DNA of 63,724 nucleotides, counting the filler, from Conidiobolus incongruus B7586 (lineage: Eukaryota): NCBI GenBank assembly GCA_000697335.1. It is 21 parts of 21 records of this genome, joined end to end, with 100 filler letters (N's around TTAATTAATTAA, not from the genome) between each part and the next. Parts side by side here need not be neighbours in the genome. Positions count along the whole stretch, not along the records: positions 44,094 to 51,504 come from JNEM01005213.1; positions 51,605 to 57,206 come from JNEM01005216.1; positions 57,307 to 60,115 come from JNEM01005219.1; positions 60,216 to 61,996 come from JNEM01005221.1; positions 62,097 to 63,724 come from JNEM01005223.1; 16 more parts are not named here. The stretch is one strand, 5' to 3'. The notes beneath the pieces were generated by a model, which was given only the letters and a program-made list of their open reading frames with translations, ran no database searches and was not told the origin of the DNA. This document shows, piece after piece, positions 51,271 to 63,724 of this stretch (position 1 is its first letter; each line of letters starts with the position of its first letter). The translations under genes and the position numbers were made by a program.

Positions 51271-53591
51271 TACATAAATTAAATCATATATATTAATATT
51301 AAATTTAATAAATTATAAAATATTAAAAATATTCTTGAAACTAATTTAAATGTTGATTTTTGACGTTTAATTAACAGTTTATTTTATATCTTAATTAGAT
51401 ATTTAATAGAAGAATTTGTTAATATTTTCTTAAATATTAATTATTTTAAGTATATTATATTTTGTTTTATTTTATTAACACTTTTATGATTTATTTAAGA
51501 GAATNNNNNNNNNNNNNNNNNNNNNNNNNNNNNNNNNNNNNNNNNNNNTTAATTAATTAANNNNNNNNNNNNNNNNNNNNNNNNNNNNNNNNNNNNNNNN
51601 NNNNGATCTCTATATTTTGATATAAACATTCCTTATTCTTATCTCAATTATAATATCATATACTATTAAAATTTTATAATAATAATTTGACCACGATCAG
51701 AGTAATATAATATTGTTAAAAAGATTATGATATATATATATATATATCTTATTATATCATTATTTCTGCCAATTGCATTATAAGTAATATTAAATAAAAT
51801 AAATATATAAAGATACTACATTAAAATCCCAAGATTATAAAATTATAATCTTATTAAAATATTTAATATTAGCGAAATTAAAAAATTTCTATTATTTTTT
51901 ATATATCTAAAATTAAAGTAAAAATAACAAAGATAGTATACATATATTAGCTTTATAGTTTTATTTTTAATAATTAATTAATATTAAATATGATTTAATC
52001 ATTTTCAGATATACAAAAAATTTCAAAAAAACATTACAGTTTAAATATTTTCAATTAAAATTACTTTCATATATCAATAATAAAATCATAACAAAAGAGT
52101 AAATATAAAAAACTTATATTAGCTTAATAAGTATAAACTTATAGTGATTGTTATCAAGCAGAAAAAATTTCTAGATTTAAATTAAAAATTATGTAATAAA
52201 TCTAATATACATGCCAAAATTTGATTTTCTTAATAATCAAACTTATCATCTAAAATTAATCTGGATTGAGTTAAATATTTTTTTAAAAATTAAACTGAAA
52301 AATTGGTAAGAATTGAATTAAATGAAGAATTGTTTGATGATGAATAGTTTGTTAGTAAAAATTTTACCGTTTTTGTAATTTATAAATTGTATATGAATTG
52401 TTATGAATATGTACTATTGTGTTTGAAAGTTTAGCATATAAATATATTGGTTTACTAAAATTAATTATTTAATAAATAAATAGTATGATATCAATAAAAA
52501 ACAATAATATTCTAAAATAAATTTTATACAATGATATTTATTTTAAATATAGCAAGGTTGATTGTTAATATGGGTGAAAAATATATCTTTAGTATGAATG
52601 TATTTTCTTTTTCTATATATCCCTCATTATTTGACTTAAAATATTGTAAAATTAATATAATAAAGAAAAATGAATAGTAAAAAATGTGATTTAAAATTAG
52701 TATTTTATATTATTAGTATTTAAAGCAATGCATTAGATTTTTATAAAAATACTTTAATAGTGAATTGTTAATTCAAATTAATGTATAATCGATAACTATT
52801 AGATAATAGATAAATATCCTCTGATATACAGTATAAAGAGATAAAAAACTTATTATTTGTTACAAATTATATAAATCTTGATAAACTAAGGTTGAAGTAA
52901 GCCATGTCACATATTATCTTCTTTTCAAAATTAATATAATCCTCTAGAGAAGATTTAAAGTGGTACAAATAAATGAAATTCCCAATGATTAACAATTGAT
53001 TAGAATAAATACAGGAGGTTCTCATCTTGTTGATTAGGGGATGCTGGTCAAAAGATTCAATTTATCTCATTCCTTTTTAACACTCTCCTCGAATTTCAAC
53101 TTTGACAATCCTACTAAATCAAATATATCTTATATTAGGATGCCTCTGATTATAATTAATTATCCGATATTGTAATTTTAAAAGAAATTTCAGTTTTAAT
53201 CCTTTATCCTGTATCCATTAAAGTTAATTTTGCATCCATTTCACATACCTCCATTAAATTTATGGAATTTGAACCAGACAATGATCAATAATACCATATA
53301 AGGAAATGAATGGTTATGTATTCGTTATTGAAGTGTAAAAGGCAAGTCAAACTGACTTAAATTAATTGGGGATTAGAATTAATTCGATTAAAGAATTAGA
53401 CCAATCAGATGCCTGAAAGCTCCTTTGAATAAACAAGCTTTACCACTTTGCGGTCAAGCCGGTGAACTGTTTTAGGATAACCTGACCACTTAAACTTGGT
53501 ATAAATATCAAATCAGGTAAACAATAAAGAATTGCTTAATCTATTTAATTTTAATTAATTTTTTACTTCACATAATATAATATAGCTTAAT

Positions 53592-54287
53592 ATGAATTCT
53601 AAAATTTTGTTTATTTCTTTAATTTCCAGCTTAGTTTCTGGATTCTCTCTAAACAATCCCGTTCAGGGAACTCAATGGAAGGCTGGAACTCAAGCCAAAA
53701 TCACCTGGATTGTCGAAAGTAGTGATCCCCAAGATGCTACTGCTACTCTTGTCTTAAAGAATGGTGATGCTAATAATCTTCAAAATGTTGTCACCATTGG
53801 ATCCGCCCCGCTTTCAGCTGGATCTATCACCTTCGACGTCCCCGCTGAACTCGCTAACGGTCAGGATTATGTTGTTGCCATTTCCACAAATGATAAAGAT
53901 GTCAGATACTCTCATTACTTTACCGTTAGTGGAGGTAGTGATAAACCAGCTGCTAAAGCTGCTCCCACCACCATTAGTGACAAATCAGATGCTACTCCCA
54001 CCACTGTCACTGGTGGTAAGAAGCCCGAAAAGACTTCAGCAAGCGAATCCGCTACAAAGAGCTCCGATGATAACTCCGAATCCAAGACTGAAAAGTCAAA
54101 GGAATCAGCCACCAAGACCAAGGAATCTTCATCTAGTGCTACCAACGAATCATCTAGTGCTACTAAGGCTTCCTCCTCAGCCAAATCATCATCCAGCTCC
54201 TCTTCCACTACATCGGATGCTGCCAAGACCCTCGCACTCCCTCTCAGTTTATTGACCGTGGTCGCCTCAATCCTCTACCTCCAATAA
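53592..54287 (+). CDS. Ser/Thr-rich GPI-anchored cell-wall protein with Kre9/KNH1-like N-terminal domain
   Basis: Signal peptide, NNPVQGTQWKAG...ITW...YSHYFTV domain, Ser/Thr/Lys/Glu-rich stalk, omega-like SDA and a hydrophobic C-terminal tail. CCAAT at 53401 and TATAAAT at 53500 lie upstream. Confidence 0.92.
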   Translation: MNSKILFISLISSLVSGFSLNNPVQGTQWKAGTQAKITWIVESSDPQDATATLVLKNGDANNLQNVVTIGSAPLSAGSITFDVPAELANGQDYVVAISTNDKDVRYSHYFTVSGGSDKPAAKAAPTTISDKSDATPTTVTGGKKPEKTSASESATKSSDDNSESKTEKSKESATKTKESSSSATNESSSATKASSSAKSSSSSSSTTSDAAKTLALPLSLLTVVASILYLQ

Positions 54288-57200
54288 CTCATCATTTATT
54301 CACTCAAACTTCTAATCTTAAGACGAAAATTTTAGTAATATTATTAAATAATTTTTTTCGTGTCTAATAAAGTAAATATTTCATTTTTTATTTAACATCA
54401 ATTTTGATTAAAAGTTCATGAAATTAATTTAACATGATTAATAGATTGAAAGGAATTAGATTAATTTATAATTGGTTGATGATTTTGAGAACTTTTGTAT
54501 GCCATACTATGTATGATTATGTAGGTAGATATTCAATGTTTATTTTCTAATTTTACTCTATACAAATATCTTACTTCTTACTTAATACTATCATTAAATT
54601 GTGATAGTCATCAACTAGTATAAAAATTTAATAAATTAGTCATTATCTCAAAATAACAAGAATTTCTATTTTCCCAATATCGTCCGATAAATTCATTTAT
54701 TATGCAAATTTTACAAATTGACTCAAGATAAAAATTTGCCCTACTAATTAATTAATTTCTTGGTAATTCGAAGTTCTATTGTTTTGTGGATTTTCTTATT
54801 TATGATAAATTCATTATCTGCAGAATTTTTATGTAGTTGCGTTAATAATTGATTAATTATGGTAAGAATTATTAAAGATTTGTTTTAAGTGAATAGAATG
54901 GAAAAGTGCATACTCTCTTTCAATTTGAAACTTTAACATAATAATTGATAACATTCCAAAAATTTTAAAATTATTCATCCTTAAAATTAATTTGAATAAA
55001 ATGGATTTATAAATTAATATTCTAATATATAACTAATTCATCATTAACCCATATGTCTTTTACCAAAAATTTTACTAAGGTAGAATTCTACATTATAAAT
55101 TTTAATATTAAGTTGTATAGTTAGTTGAAAAGCTATATTAACATCATCATTAGAATGCCACATATATTAAATGAATCCGTACCTAGGATAATAGTCTGTA
55201 TTAAACAATTAATTAAAATAGAGGGTTCAAATTTTTAAATTTTTTAACTAAATATATTAATTAAAACCTTTTGGAAAGAGAGTACAATTTCAAAGCCAAA
55301 TACATAATAATTTTTAATAAGTTATAAATGGTTAACGACTTTAATTATTATTAGCTTATAATTGATATTAATATGCTGAATATTACAACTAAATCGAAAT
55401 TAGATATGTAATTAAATTGATGTATTATATTACATTGTGTAATATCAAATATTAGTACAAATATTAATTCAATTTACTAGTCAAATAATAATTAACAAAA
55501 TTTTTGAATTAATAAATTAGATTTTAATAGCAATTGAAAAAAAATAAGTTATATAATAAGTTTTGATTATTAATGTATTTACTTACTTTATTTAATTCAA
55601 ATAATAACATAGTTCTTATAATAAAATTAATGCTTAAATTGGTCACAGTATAATATATCAATTATAAACTATTCTATTTAAAACAACATAATTAATTATT
55701 ATATCAAAAATATATAAGTTGAAAGAAAGGGTTAGCGATACTTTTATTCTTATATCAATTGTGAAAGGGTTCTTTCATAATCCAAATCTTTCTAAGTATA
55801 TTGAATATATATTGTTCAATTTATTCTTTTAAATGAAAATAAATGTTTAAAATCAACAATTAAATCATCATATTTGTTCCAATAAAATTTGGACAATTTG
55901 TCAATTTCAAGTTCAACCTAATTTCTAACAATATCCATTAAATAATAAATTATATTATTTTAAAACTTAAAAAATATATTAAAAATCTATTAACGAGTGG
56001 GAATAAATCAAAGACTTAAGAATATAAATCAAACTAAAAGTTTTAAACAGCATACATTTTTGAGATAAATCAATAATCAAAATATATAAAAAATCAAATT
56101 ATTTATATATTTAGTATTATTAATATTTATTACTTTCTTAAAGTGCTGTGATTAATGTCAAAACTAAGAATAAATTTGAGATATATTATTTTTATATTAA
56201 ATATTGCATTTTTTAATTATTTATTTAATTTTTTTTATTAATAATTCTCATTTTATCAAATTTAAAAATTATATCAAAATAAATTTAATTATTCTATAAA
56301 TTATTATGTTGATAAAAATTGAAAAATAAACTTTTTATAAATATCTGATATTATATATTCTTTAGAAGATATTCTCACTCATATAATGAAATTGATTAAG
56401 ATATAATACGATATTAAAAATATAAAACAAATATATATAGACTTTATAGATTCTAGAAAACACATATAATCTGATTTTAATATCAATAATTATAAATATT
56501 AATTATTTGGCCTAATTATCCTATTTAAAATATTGATTATTATTATTTAATAAATATCATAATATAAACATATATTGTTGGATTGTAATTTTTAATACAT
56601 TTTAAGTATCGATAGATATTATATTCTTACAAAGCTTAACTGATTTTTATTTATTTTAATAAAATCATTTTAAATTTAAATAATAAGATTGTTTTGCCTT
56701 AAAAAAATATATATAATTTAACATTTAAACTATTGAAATAATTATATAATATAAAATTATTACTCTGTTTAATTGTTAATTTTCATATTAAGTCTTGATT
56801 AGAAAAGATTATATATAAATATTTATCATTGATTTACCTTGATTTTCAAATTTTTATAATCAGAATAAAATTAGGGTTTATTAATTTAATAATAAAACAA
56901 TTAGATAGAAATTGTTAATATTAATAACAAAAAAACATTTAATTTAAATTGATATCAAATCTAGTATATTTTGCAAAAAATATTTTTTTTTTTATATATT
57001 AAAATTAGATCCTTATAATTCCCTAAATTAAACTAAATAAGTAAAAACCTGAAGAATAAAATAATAAAATATCTGATTAATTGAATTTCTCTTAGATAAC
57101 AATAAATATTATATTTTTTATTATAATATTACTAGGTTTTTTATATTAAAGTATTAATATAATTATTGAAGATTATAATTTAATATTTATAAATTAAATA

Positions 57201-57306
57201 AATTTTNNNNNNNNNNNNNNNNNNNNNNNNNNNNNNNNNNNNNNNNNNNNTTAATTAATTAANNNNNNNNNNNNNNNNNNNNNNNNNNNNNNNNNNNNNN
57301 NNNNNN

Positions 57307-58116
57307 GAATTAAAATTATATAGGTTATTTTATTTAATAAATCAAAAATATAATTTAATAAATTTAAATAAAAAGCTAGATATTGAAAAAAAACAAAAAT
57401 ACTTTATATCCATTATATTATTTTGATCGAAAAATATAATATAACTTAATTATAATTTAAGGTTATATAGAATCTTTTAATATATATCTTTATAAAATTA
57501 ATAAAAGGGCTATTAAAAAAATATATCATAATAATTTAAATAATAAATTCAAATAACTATTGAATGATATAAATTAAACAAACTGAATATAATTTTTTGG
57601 AAAATAATAGCCTTTTTTATTAAATAATTTTTATTATTAAATAATTTAAAGATAAAGTAATAATTGTTATAAACTGGTTTTTTTTAGTTTTTTAATTTTA
57701 ACCTAATTAAATATTTTTGGGTTTAATTAAAAAATATGGCTAAAGATTTTATAATAGAAAATTTAAATGAGTTCTAAATTATACTAAAAAAGCTTAAAAT
57801 AAAATTAGTTTTTATTAATATAAAAAGCTAGTTAACTTTATAGTCTATTAACTTAAAAAAGTTACAATAATACAAGATAGAAATATTGAATTTTAATTTT
57901 GATATATTAACTAAAATTCACAGATTTATTACTTTAATTACACTTTAAGTTTTAATATATCCACAAATAATGAATTAAAATTAACTAAATATATTAGCAT
58001 TAATAAAAATATATATTTATTATAAATTTTAATATAATTTATTCAAAATAAGAATTAATTTTATAAATAAAAACATAGATGATTTTTATTTTATAACTCA
58101 TTTTTATGGGATAGTG
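57307..58116 (+). mobile_element. Degraded Tc1 copy, family A, right half
   Basis: Colinear with 29750-30576 and ends TTTTATAACTCATTTTTATGGGATAGTG followed by TA. A further terminal-repeat fragment follows at ~58250-58425. Confidence 0.8.
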
Positions 58117-61100
58117 TAAAAAATTATTTACTCTATATTTTTCAAACTTAAAAAACTAAAAACACAAAAGGGAGATTAATTACGGTTAAAATTTCTTATT
58201 ATAACCATAACTTATATCTATATATATATTCCTTAATTTAACTTTTAATGTTGTTATTTTTGTGGATAGTTGATTAAATTTGGCTATTCAATATTTAAAA
58301 TTATTAAATATTTATATTTAATTTTATAGTTAAGTTAATATAAATATAATTAAATATTGATTAAGTTATTTATAAAAATATAAGTGGTTTTGACTTTATC
58401 ACTTATATTTGTTTGTTAATTTATATATTAGAATTATTTTTTAAATAGAATTTAATAACAATAATTTTATAAATATACTAAATTATAATTATATCCCATT
58501 ATTAAAAAGAATGATTAAAGATATCATTATTGAGTCTATAGATTCTTTTGTTCAGTAAATATATTTATAACTGTATCATATTAAAATATCTATAATTTAT
58601 TAATATTTATCGAAGTATTTTATTTATTAGTTAGAGCTTTATTCTTTTTATACATGATATAAAGTTTAATTTTTCGATATAATTTTAAATTTAATTAAAT
58701 TTATCCATTTCATTTTATTTTGATTAATCCATTTAATTTCTAGATTTTGTTTATTAATGCTTTTATTACCATTTTATAGATAATAATAAATATTCAAAGA
58801 AATTAATATTTAATTAATATATATTTTTATATCTATATATAAAAAATTTTCATTTCAATTATAGCTTAGGTAATATTGTATAAATATAATTAGAGTTTAT
58901 ATTTTGAACTTTTGAACTTTCGAACTCTATCTATTGATATTTCATCATAGTTTTCTTATTGAAATATATTATAAATTTTGTAATTTTATGAAGAGTGATA
59001 TGATTTCATTTATAGATATTATATATAATCATTTTATTTGATATAATATAATTTTTATGATTATTGTTATAATTTCTTTATCAAAATATAATAAAAAATT
59101 TAAAAACTAATGACCTTAAATATAATATAAAATAGAAAAAAAATAAAGAATATTAATATTAAATAATATTAATAACATAGGATATTCTGTTTTGAAAATT
59201 AAATAAATTTCAATATTAAATTTCATATAGTATAACTAAACATTATAGCTTTAAATTAATTAAATATATCTTTAATAAATTAATAATATGCAATTTTTAA
59301 AATATTAATAAATATGTTAGTTTTAATCTAAATTATATATATTTTTGAGAAAAATAAAAGATCTATTATTTTTACACAAATAGGTATTTTTCTCAAAATC
59401 TATTATTTTGAATTTTATAATTTTTCTAAAAATAATTTCAATATAACTATTAAACCTATTGAATAATATTTCAATCCTATGACAGTTTAGATAAAATTAA
59501 CTTTCAGCAATATTATTCTAGAACTTATTAATCAATATTAAAAAAATAATATTATAAGAAATTATATTTTTTTGCATTTATATGATTTTAATATTAATTA
59601 TAAGAATTATAACAATTGCTATCTAATTGATATCTTTTCTTACTCTAACTCATTATTAAAGACTTGCTTATCCAAATTAGGTTTTATTAATATTTTACAA
59701 ATCTATATCCAAATGACCTTATTATTACTCAGTTATATATACTTATGCCTATATATTTCACTTAATTATAAAAAGGACATGAAGGGGCTTATATAAATAA
59801 AAAAACCTTTTTGCCTAACTATTAATATATTTTTATTATTATTATTAATTAATACCTTAAAACTAAAGGATCTAGTTATTATATATTGCCTAAAATATTG
59901 AGAGATCTGTTTTCTTTAATTATTATTATTCAATTATATCACCTTTTAATCAATATTTATATAATAATTAGGGAACTGAAATAAAAATGTTTTTTTATTT
60001 AATTAATATTAATTTTTTATTTTATTTTTATTATTTTATTATATTTAATTATTATTTTATTATTTTATAATACCTAATTTATATTTGTTTTTAAAATTTA
60101 TATTTTTTTATTTTTNNNNNNNNNNNNNNNNNNNNNNNNNNNNNNNNNNNNNNNNNNNNTTAATTAATTAANNNNNNNNNNNNNNNNNNNNNNNNNNNNN
60201 NNNNNNNNNNNNNNNTCTAGTTTTATATTTGTATTCACTATTTATTATTATTATTTTTCCATTTTATTGATAAAATTTTAATTATATTTTAACAATTTTT
60301 ATATATTTTAAATACCTAATATATAGCTCAATATATTAGTATTTTATACTTGTTTAATGCTTATTTACATTGTTTATTTATTTATATAATTTGATTGTAT
60401 TTTATAATACATTAGTGTAATATTAATTTTATTATTATATTTTATTAATATCTTTACCAATATATTTATATCAAAATAATTATAAAATTATTATAAACTA
60501 ATTAGAGATTTACTAACGTTTTGTATTAAATTTACATAACATTATTTTAATTTTAATTTATAATTGGGTTTATTAAATTATACACTATTTAAAATAATAA
60601 TATTAGAAAAGACAGTATCTTTATATTATATGAATAAAGATAAAGTTTCAATATCTAAGTGAATATAAATCTTTAATTCTTAGAATCATATAGTTTTTTA
60701 GGAAATTTTAATTAAATAATATTTAGTAAAAGAAAATATAACTTATATATAATTCCCATAAATAAGCAATTATACTATATTTAATATTTTTTTGAATTAT
60801 TTTTTCAATATCTTTATATATAAAATAATTTCTTTAATTAATATAAAAAACCAATATATGTTAAAAAATATAAATTATTTAATCTAATATATATCCATGA
60901 TTTAAAGATTATACTCAAATTAATTATTATTTTTTAAAAAATCTATTAATATTTAATAATTAAATTAATATAAACTTAATCTTCAAATATATTTCATAGG
61001 ATAGCTTATTATATTAAAATAAATTTCAAAATAATTTGAAAAAATCTTAAAATGTTTTTTTTGAATAAACAAATTTAATTAATGACAAAAAAGATTTATT

Positions 61101-61325
61101 TAACAAAAATAAAACAATTTTGTAAAATCATTCAGAAAATTTATAAGTTATATTCAAATAATTTGAAAATCATCAAAGAAAAAATAATCTTTAAGTAATT
61201 AATGGTTTTAATCAACTAATAAAAAATATATTAATAATTTATCTTTATAAGATATTATTAATATAACAATTATAATTAATGTTGTTATTTATTTAAATTG
61301 AATTTTTTTATTTAAAAAATTAATC

Positions 61326-61724
61326 TATAAGTTCAATAGTAAAAAATTACTGATATAGTGCTAAGGAAGACTTGATTTAGGGGTAGTATGGCAAAGAATA
61401 TGTTAAAATAATATGGGATATAGTTTGAATATGTAAAAAAATTTAATTAAGCTTTGAACTGGGATGAGTCATTGATATATTAAAATCTATATTAGGTAAT
61501 GCCAATATACTATAATAATGATAAAAATTACTTTTAATCTTAGATATAATGAAAAAAATAAAAAATAATAAGAATTAAGAGGAAAAAAAAATCTAATTTA
61601 TTAGATAATTTAATGCTATTAATATAATTAATTTAATTATGAAAGTATCAATTAATTATATAATTTATATTAGTTAAATTATAAAGAAATGTATAGATAA
61701 ATTTAGATTACTAGTCACTTAATA
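61326..61724 (-). repeat. Solo LTR of the gypsy family
   Basis: Reverse complement of the LTR over ~400 bp (AAGGAAGACTTGA...CTAGTCACTTAATA). No internal sequence on either flank and no clear TSD. Confidence 0.8.
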
Positions 61725-62096
61725 AGAATTTTTAGAAATAATTCTTATCAATTAAAATTTTAAATAATAAAGTATATTTTTTCATACTTTATAAAAAAAT
61801 ATCAAATATATAGGTTAGAGCTTTTGTATAAATAAAGGTTAATTTTTTTATTAAAAGTTTTAATTATAAAACTGACAAATATCCTTATAAAAACAATAAT
61901 AATTTTATCTATCATATTTTTATTTCATAAATTATAAATTAAACCTAAATAATATTAATACAGTTTTAAAATTTTTTTTATTATATTTAATTAATANNNN
62001 NNNNNNNNNNNNNNNNNNNNNNNNNNNNNNNNNNNNNNNNTTAATTAATTAANNNNNNNNNNNNNNNNNNNNNNNNNNNNNNNNNNNNNNNNNNNN

Positions 62097-63310
62097 TATT
62101 ACTTTGTAATTTAAATAATAGGAATTTTTTATAATTAAAAAAAATAAATATTTTAATATATAAAATATAAAAAAAAATAATATTGAATTAATAATTTCCT
62201 TTATTTCTAATAACTCTTTGCTATACTTTTGGTAAAGATTTGATACTTAAAAATATTTCTTTTTATTAAGGACTAAAATTTAATATTTTATAAACTAATT
62301 AAATTTTACTGTTGAAATTTTCTTTTCTATAAGTTAGTTTTTTAATAGTTTAAAACAATTATAATCACATAGGCTATAATCTAATAAATATAATGAATAG
62401 GTATTTCTCTTTAGTTATTTTTAATTAGAGAGATTTTTATAACTTTAGATTAATGTATTTTGCAATTATCATGCAAATAATATGTTTTCTCAAATTATAT
62501 TAAAAATACCAATCAAAATTAGTTTTATTTAAAAAGAAATATTAAATTTACTATTAATTGATTTTCTTTTAAAAACTAAAAAAATAGCATATACCATAAT
62601 AATATATTATAATAGTTAATATTCATTTATCAATAAAGTATTTATTTAAAAAAATTTGTGAAAAGGGTTGATTTGTTTTAATCCAACACCTTGATTTATG
62701 TTTTAGCAAATAAATATATAATAGAGCCTAAGATTCATCAATTGTAATAATTTGTTATAAAAACCTTGGTTTCTAGCTATATTTTAATAAGTTTTTTCTA
62801 ATAATATCTACTCTAGCTTTTTTTGAGTTTTAATTAAATTATAAAATATCTATTTTATATTTTTATTAGTTAATTATAATATAAACTTTAATTTATATAT
62901 AATATTTATATAGTTAATATTAATGTATTCTGATAATTCTTTAGCTGAAATAAAATGATACTTTTTTATATAACTTTTTCATTTTATTAATAATTACAAA
63001 AATGACTGTTGAAATTAATCTTCTAGATTTTGGCAAGTTTTGGGTAGTTTCTTGCTTAATCTTAAAATAATTTATCTAATCATAAATTGTTAATTTAAAT
63101 ATAATTTTATAACTAAAAGCTGCTTGTAAATTTTAAATGGTTTTAAAGGGTTTATGGTTAAATTTTATTGATTCTAAAATAAAAGACTCTTGATGGTTAT
63201 TATTTGATTAAAGTAAAATTAAATTAAATGATTAATTTAAAAAATAAATTTATTAATCGAAAAAACTATTATATATATATATATAATTCAAAACTATTTA
63301 TTTTCCTATT
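62097..63310 (-). mobile_element. Near-complete dead mariner copy, family B
   Basis: Starts with TIR TATTACTTTGTAATTTAAATAATAGGAATTTTT, has GATTCATCAATTGTAAT (ITIDES) at 62732 and is colinear with the other copies. Confidence 0.88.
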
Positions 63311-63724
63311 TAATATATATATATTTTTTTATTTAAAATTAATATTATATTTGAAAAATCAGATATTAAAAAATTTCCTTTTTTTTGATTCTATGGTAAT
63401 AAAAAAAATTTAATATATCTATTTTTAAATAAATTTTAAATTTTTTTTTAAAATTTTATATTACTTAATAGTTAAATGATAAATAAACTTTAATAATAAT
63501 TGAGTATTAAAAATAAATTTAATTATTATATTTAATATTATAAATAAAAGATAATTAACTTGTTAATTTAAAAACATTAGTATTTTAATATGTAATATTA
63601 TATAAAAAATAAATATTAGATATAATTTTATTAAAATCAATAAAATCATAATAATAAACGTAAATTAATTAAATATATATTTTTATAGGTTATCAAAATT
63701 TTTAATTAATTTTTTATATTAATT

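Noticed and set aside
53761..54255. Overlapping 164-aa and antisense 103-aa ORFs in the GPI gene
   Set aside because: By-products of Ser/Thr/Ala-rich codon usage.
3129..54287. The six host genes as a functional cluster
   Set aside because: They lie on different linker-separated contigs and share no evident pathway.
6979..62096. Recurring TTAATTAATTAA palindrome between N-runs, superficially repeat- or CRISPR-like
   Set aside because: It is an artificial six-frame-stop linker of fixed length joining contigs.
59572..63413. ORFs 59572-59796 and 63228-63413
   Set aside because: AT-driven composition. The second overlaps a mariner end.
1..63724. Organellar, Plasmodium-like or prokaryotic origin suggested by extreme AT content
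   Set aside because: Spliceosomal introns, fungal-type GPI, CsbD and C2H2 genes and nuclear TEs are present. No tRNA, rRNA or CRISPR array was seen.

Overview
Eukaryotic, almost certainly fungal, DNA. It is most plausibly an early-diverging fungus such as Conidiobolus/Entomophthoromycotina, an inference from gene types, ~50-nt introns and composition, not proven. The window is 21 short contigs joined by 20 artificial 100-nt linkers (N-run, TTAATTAATTAA, N-run), so adjacency across linkers is unreliable. Six host genes lie as GC-richer islands: a secreted GMC oxidoreductase, a 3-exon zinc-free MDR/enoyl-reductase-like gene, an F-box/LRR protein, a CsbD/Hmp1-like protein, a two-finger C2H2 factor and a Kre9-like GPI wall protein. 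Much of the extremely AT-rich remainder is dead transposons of four classes: DD34E Tc1 with IR/DR ends, DD34D mariner, a complete chromodomain Ty3/gypsy element nested in an older relative, and an APE-type LINE. Their catalytic motifs become readable when C->T and G->A changes are reversed. The main finding is this repeat-restricted, two-strand, broad-context (CpA and CpT, with CpG nearly absent) hypermutation, which looks like a RIP-like genome defence in an apparently non-Dikarya fungus. An unexplained structured CpG-retaining island at 38.5-38.8 kb is a candidate ncRNA.
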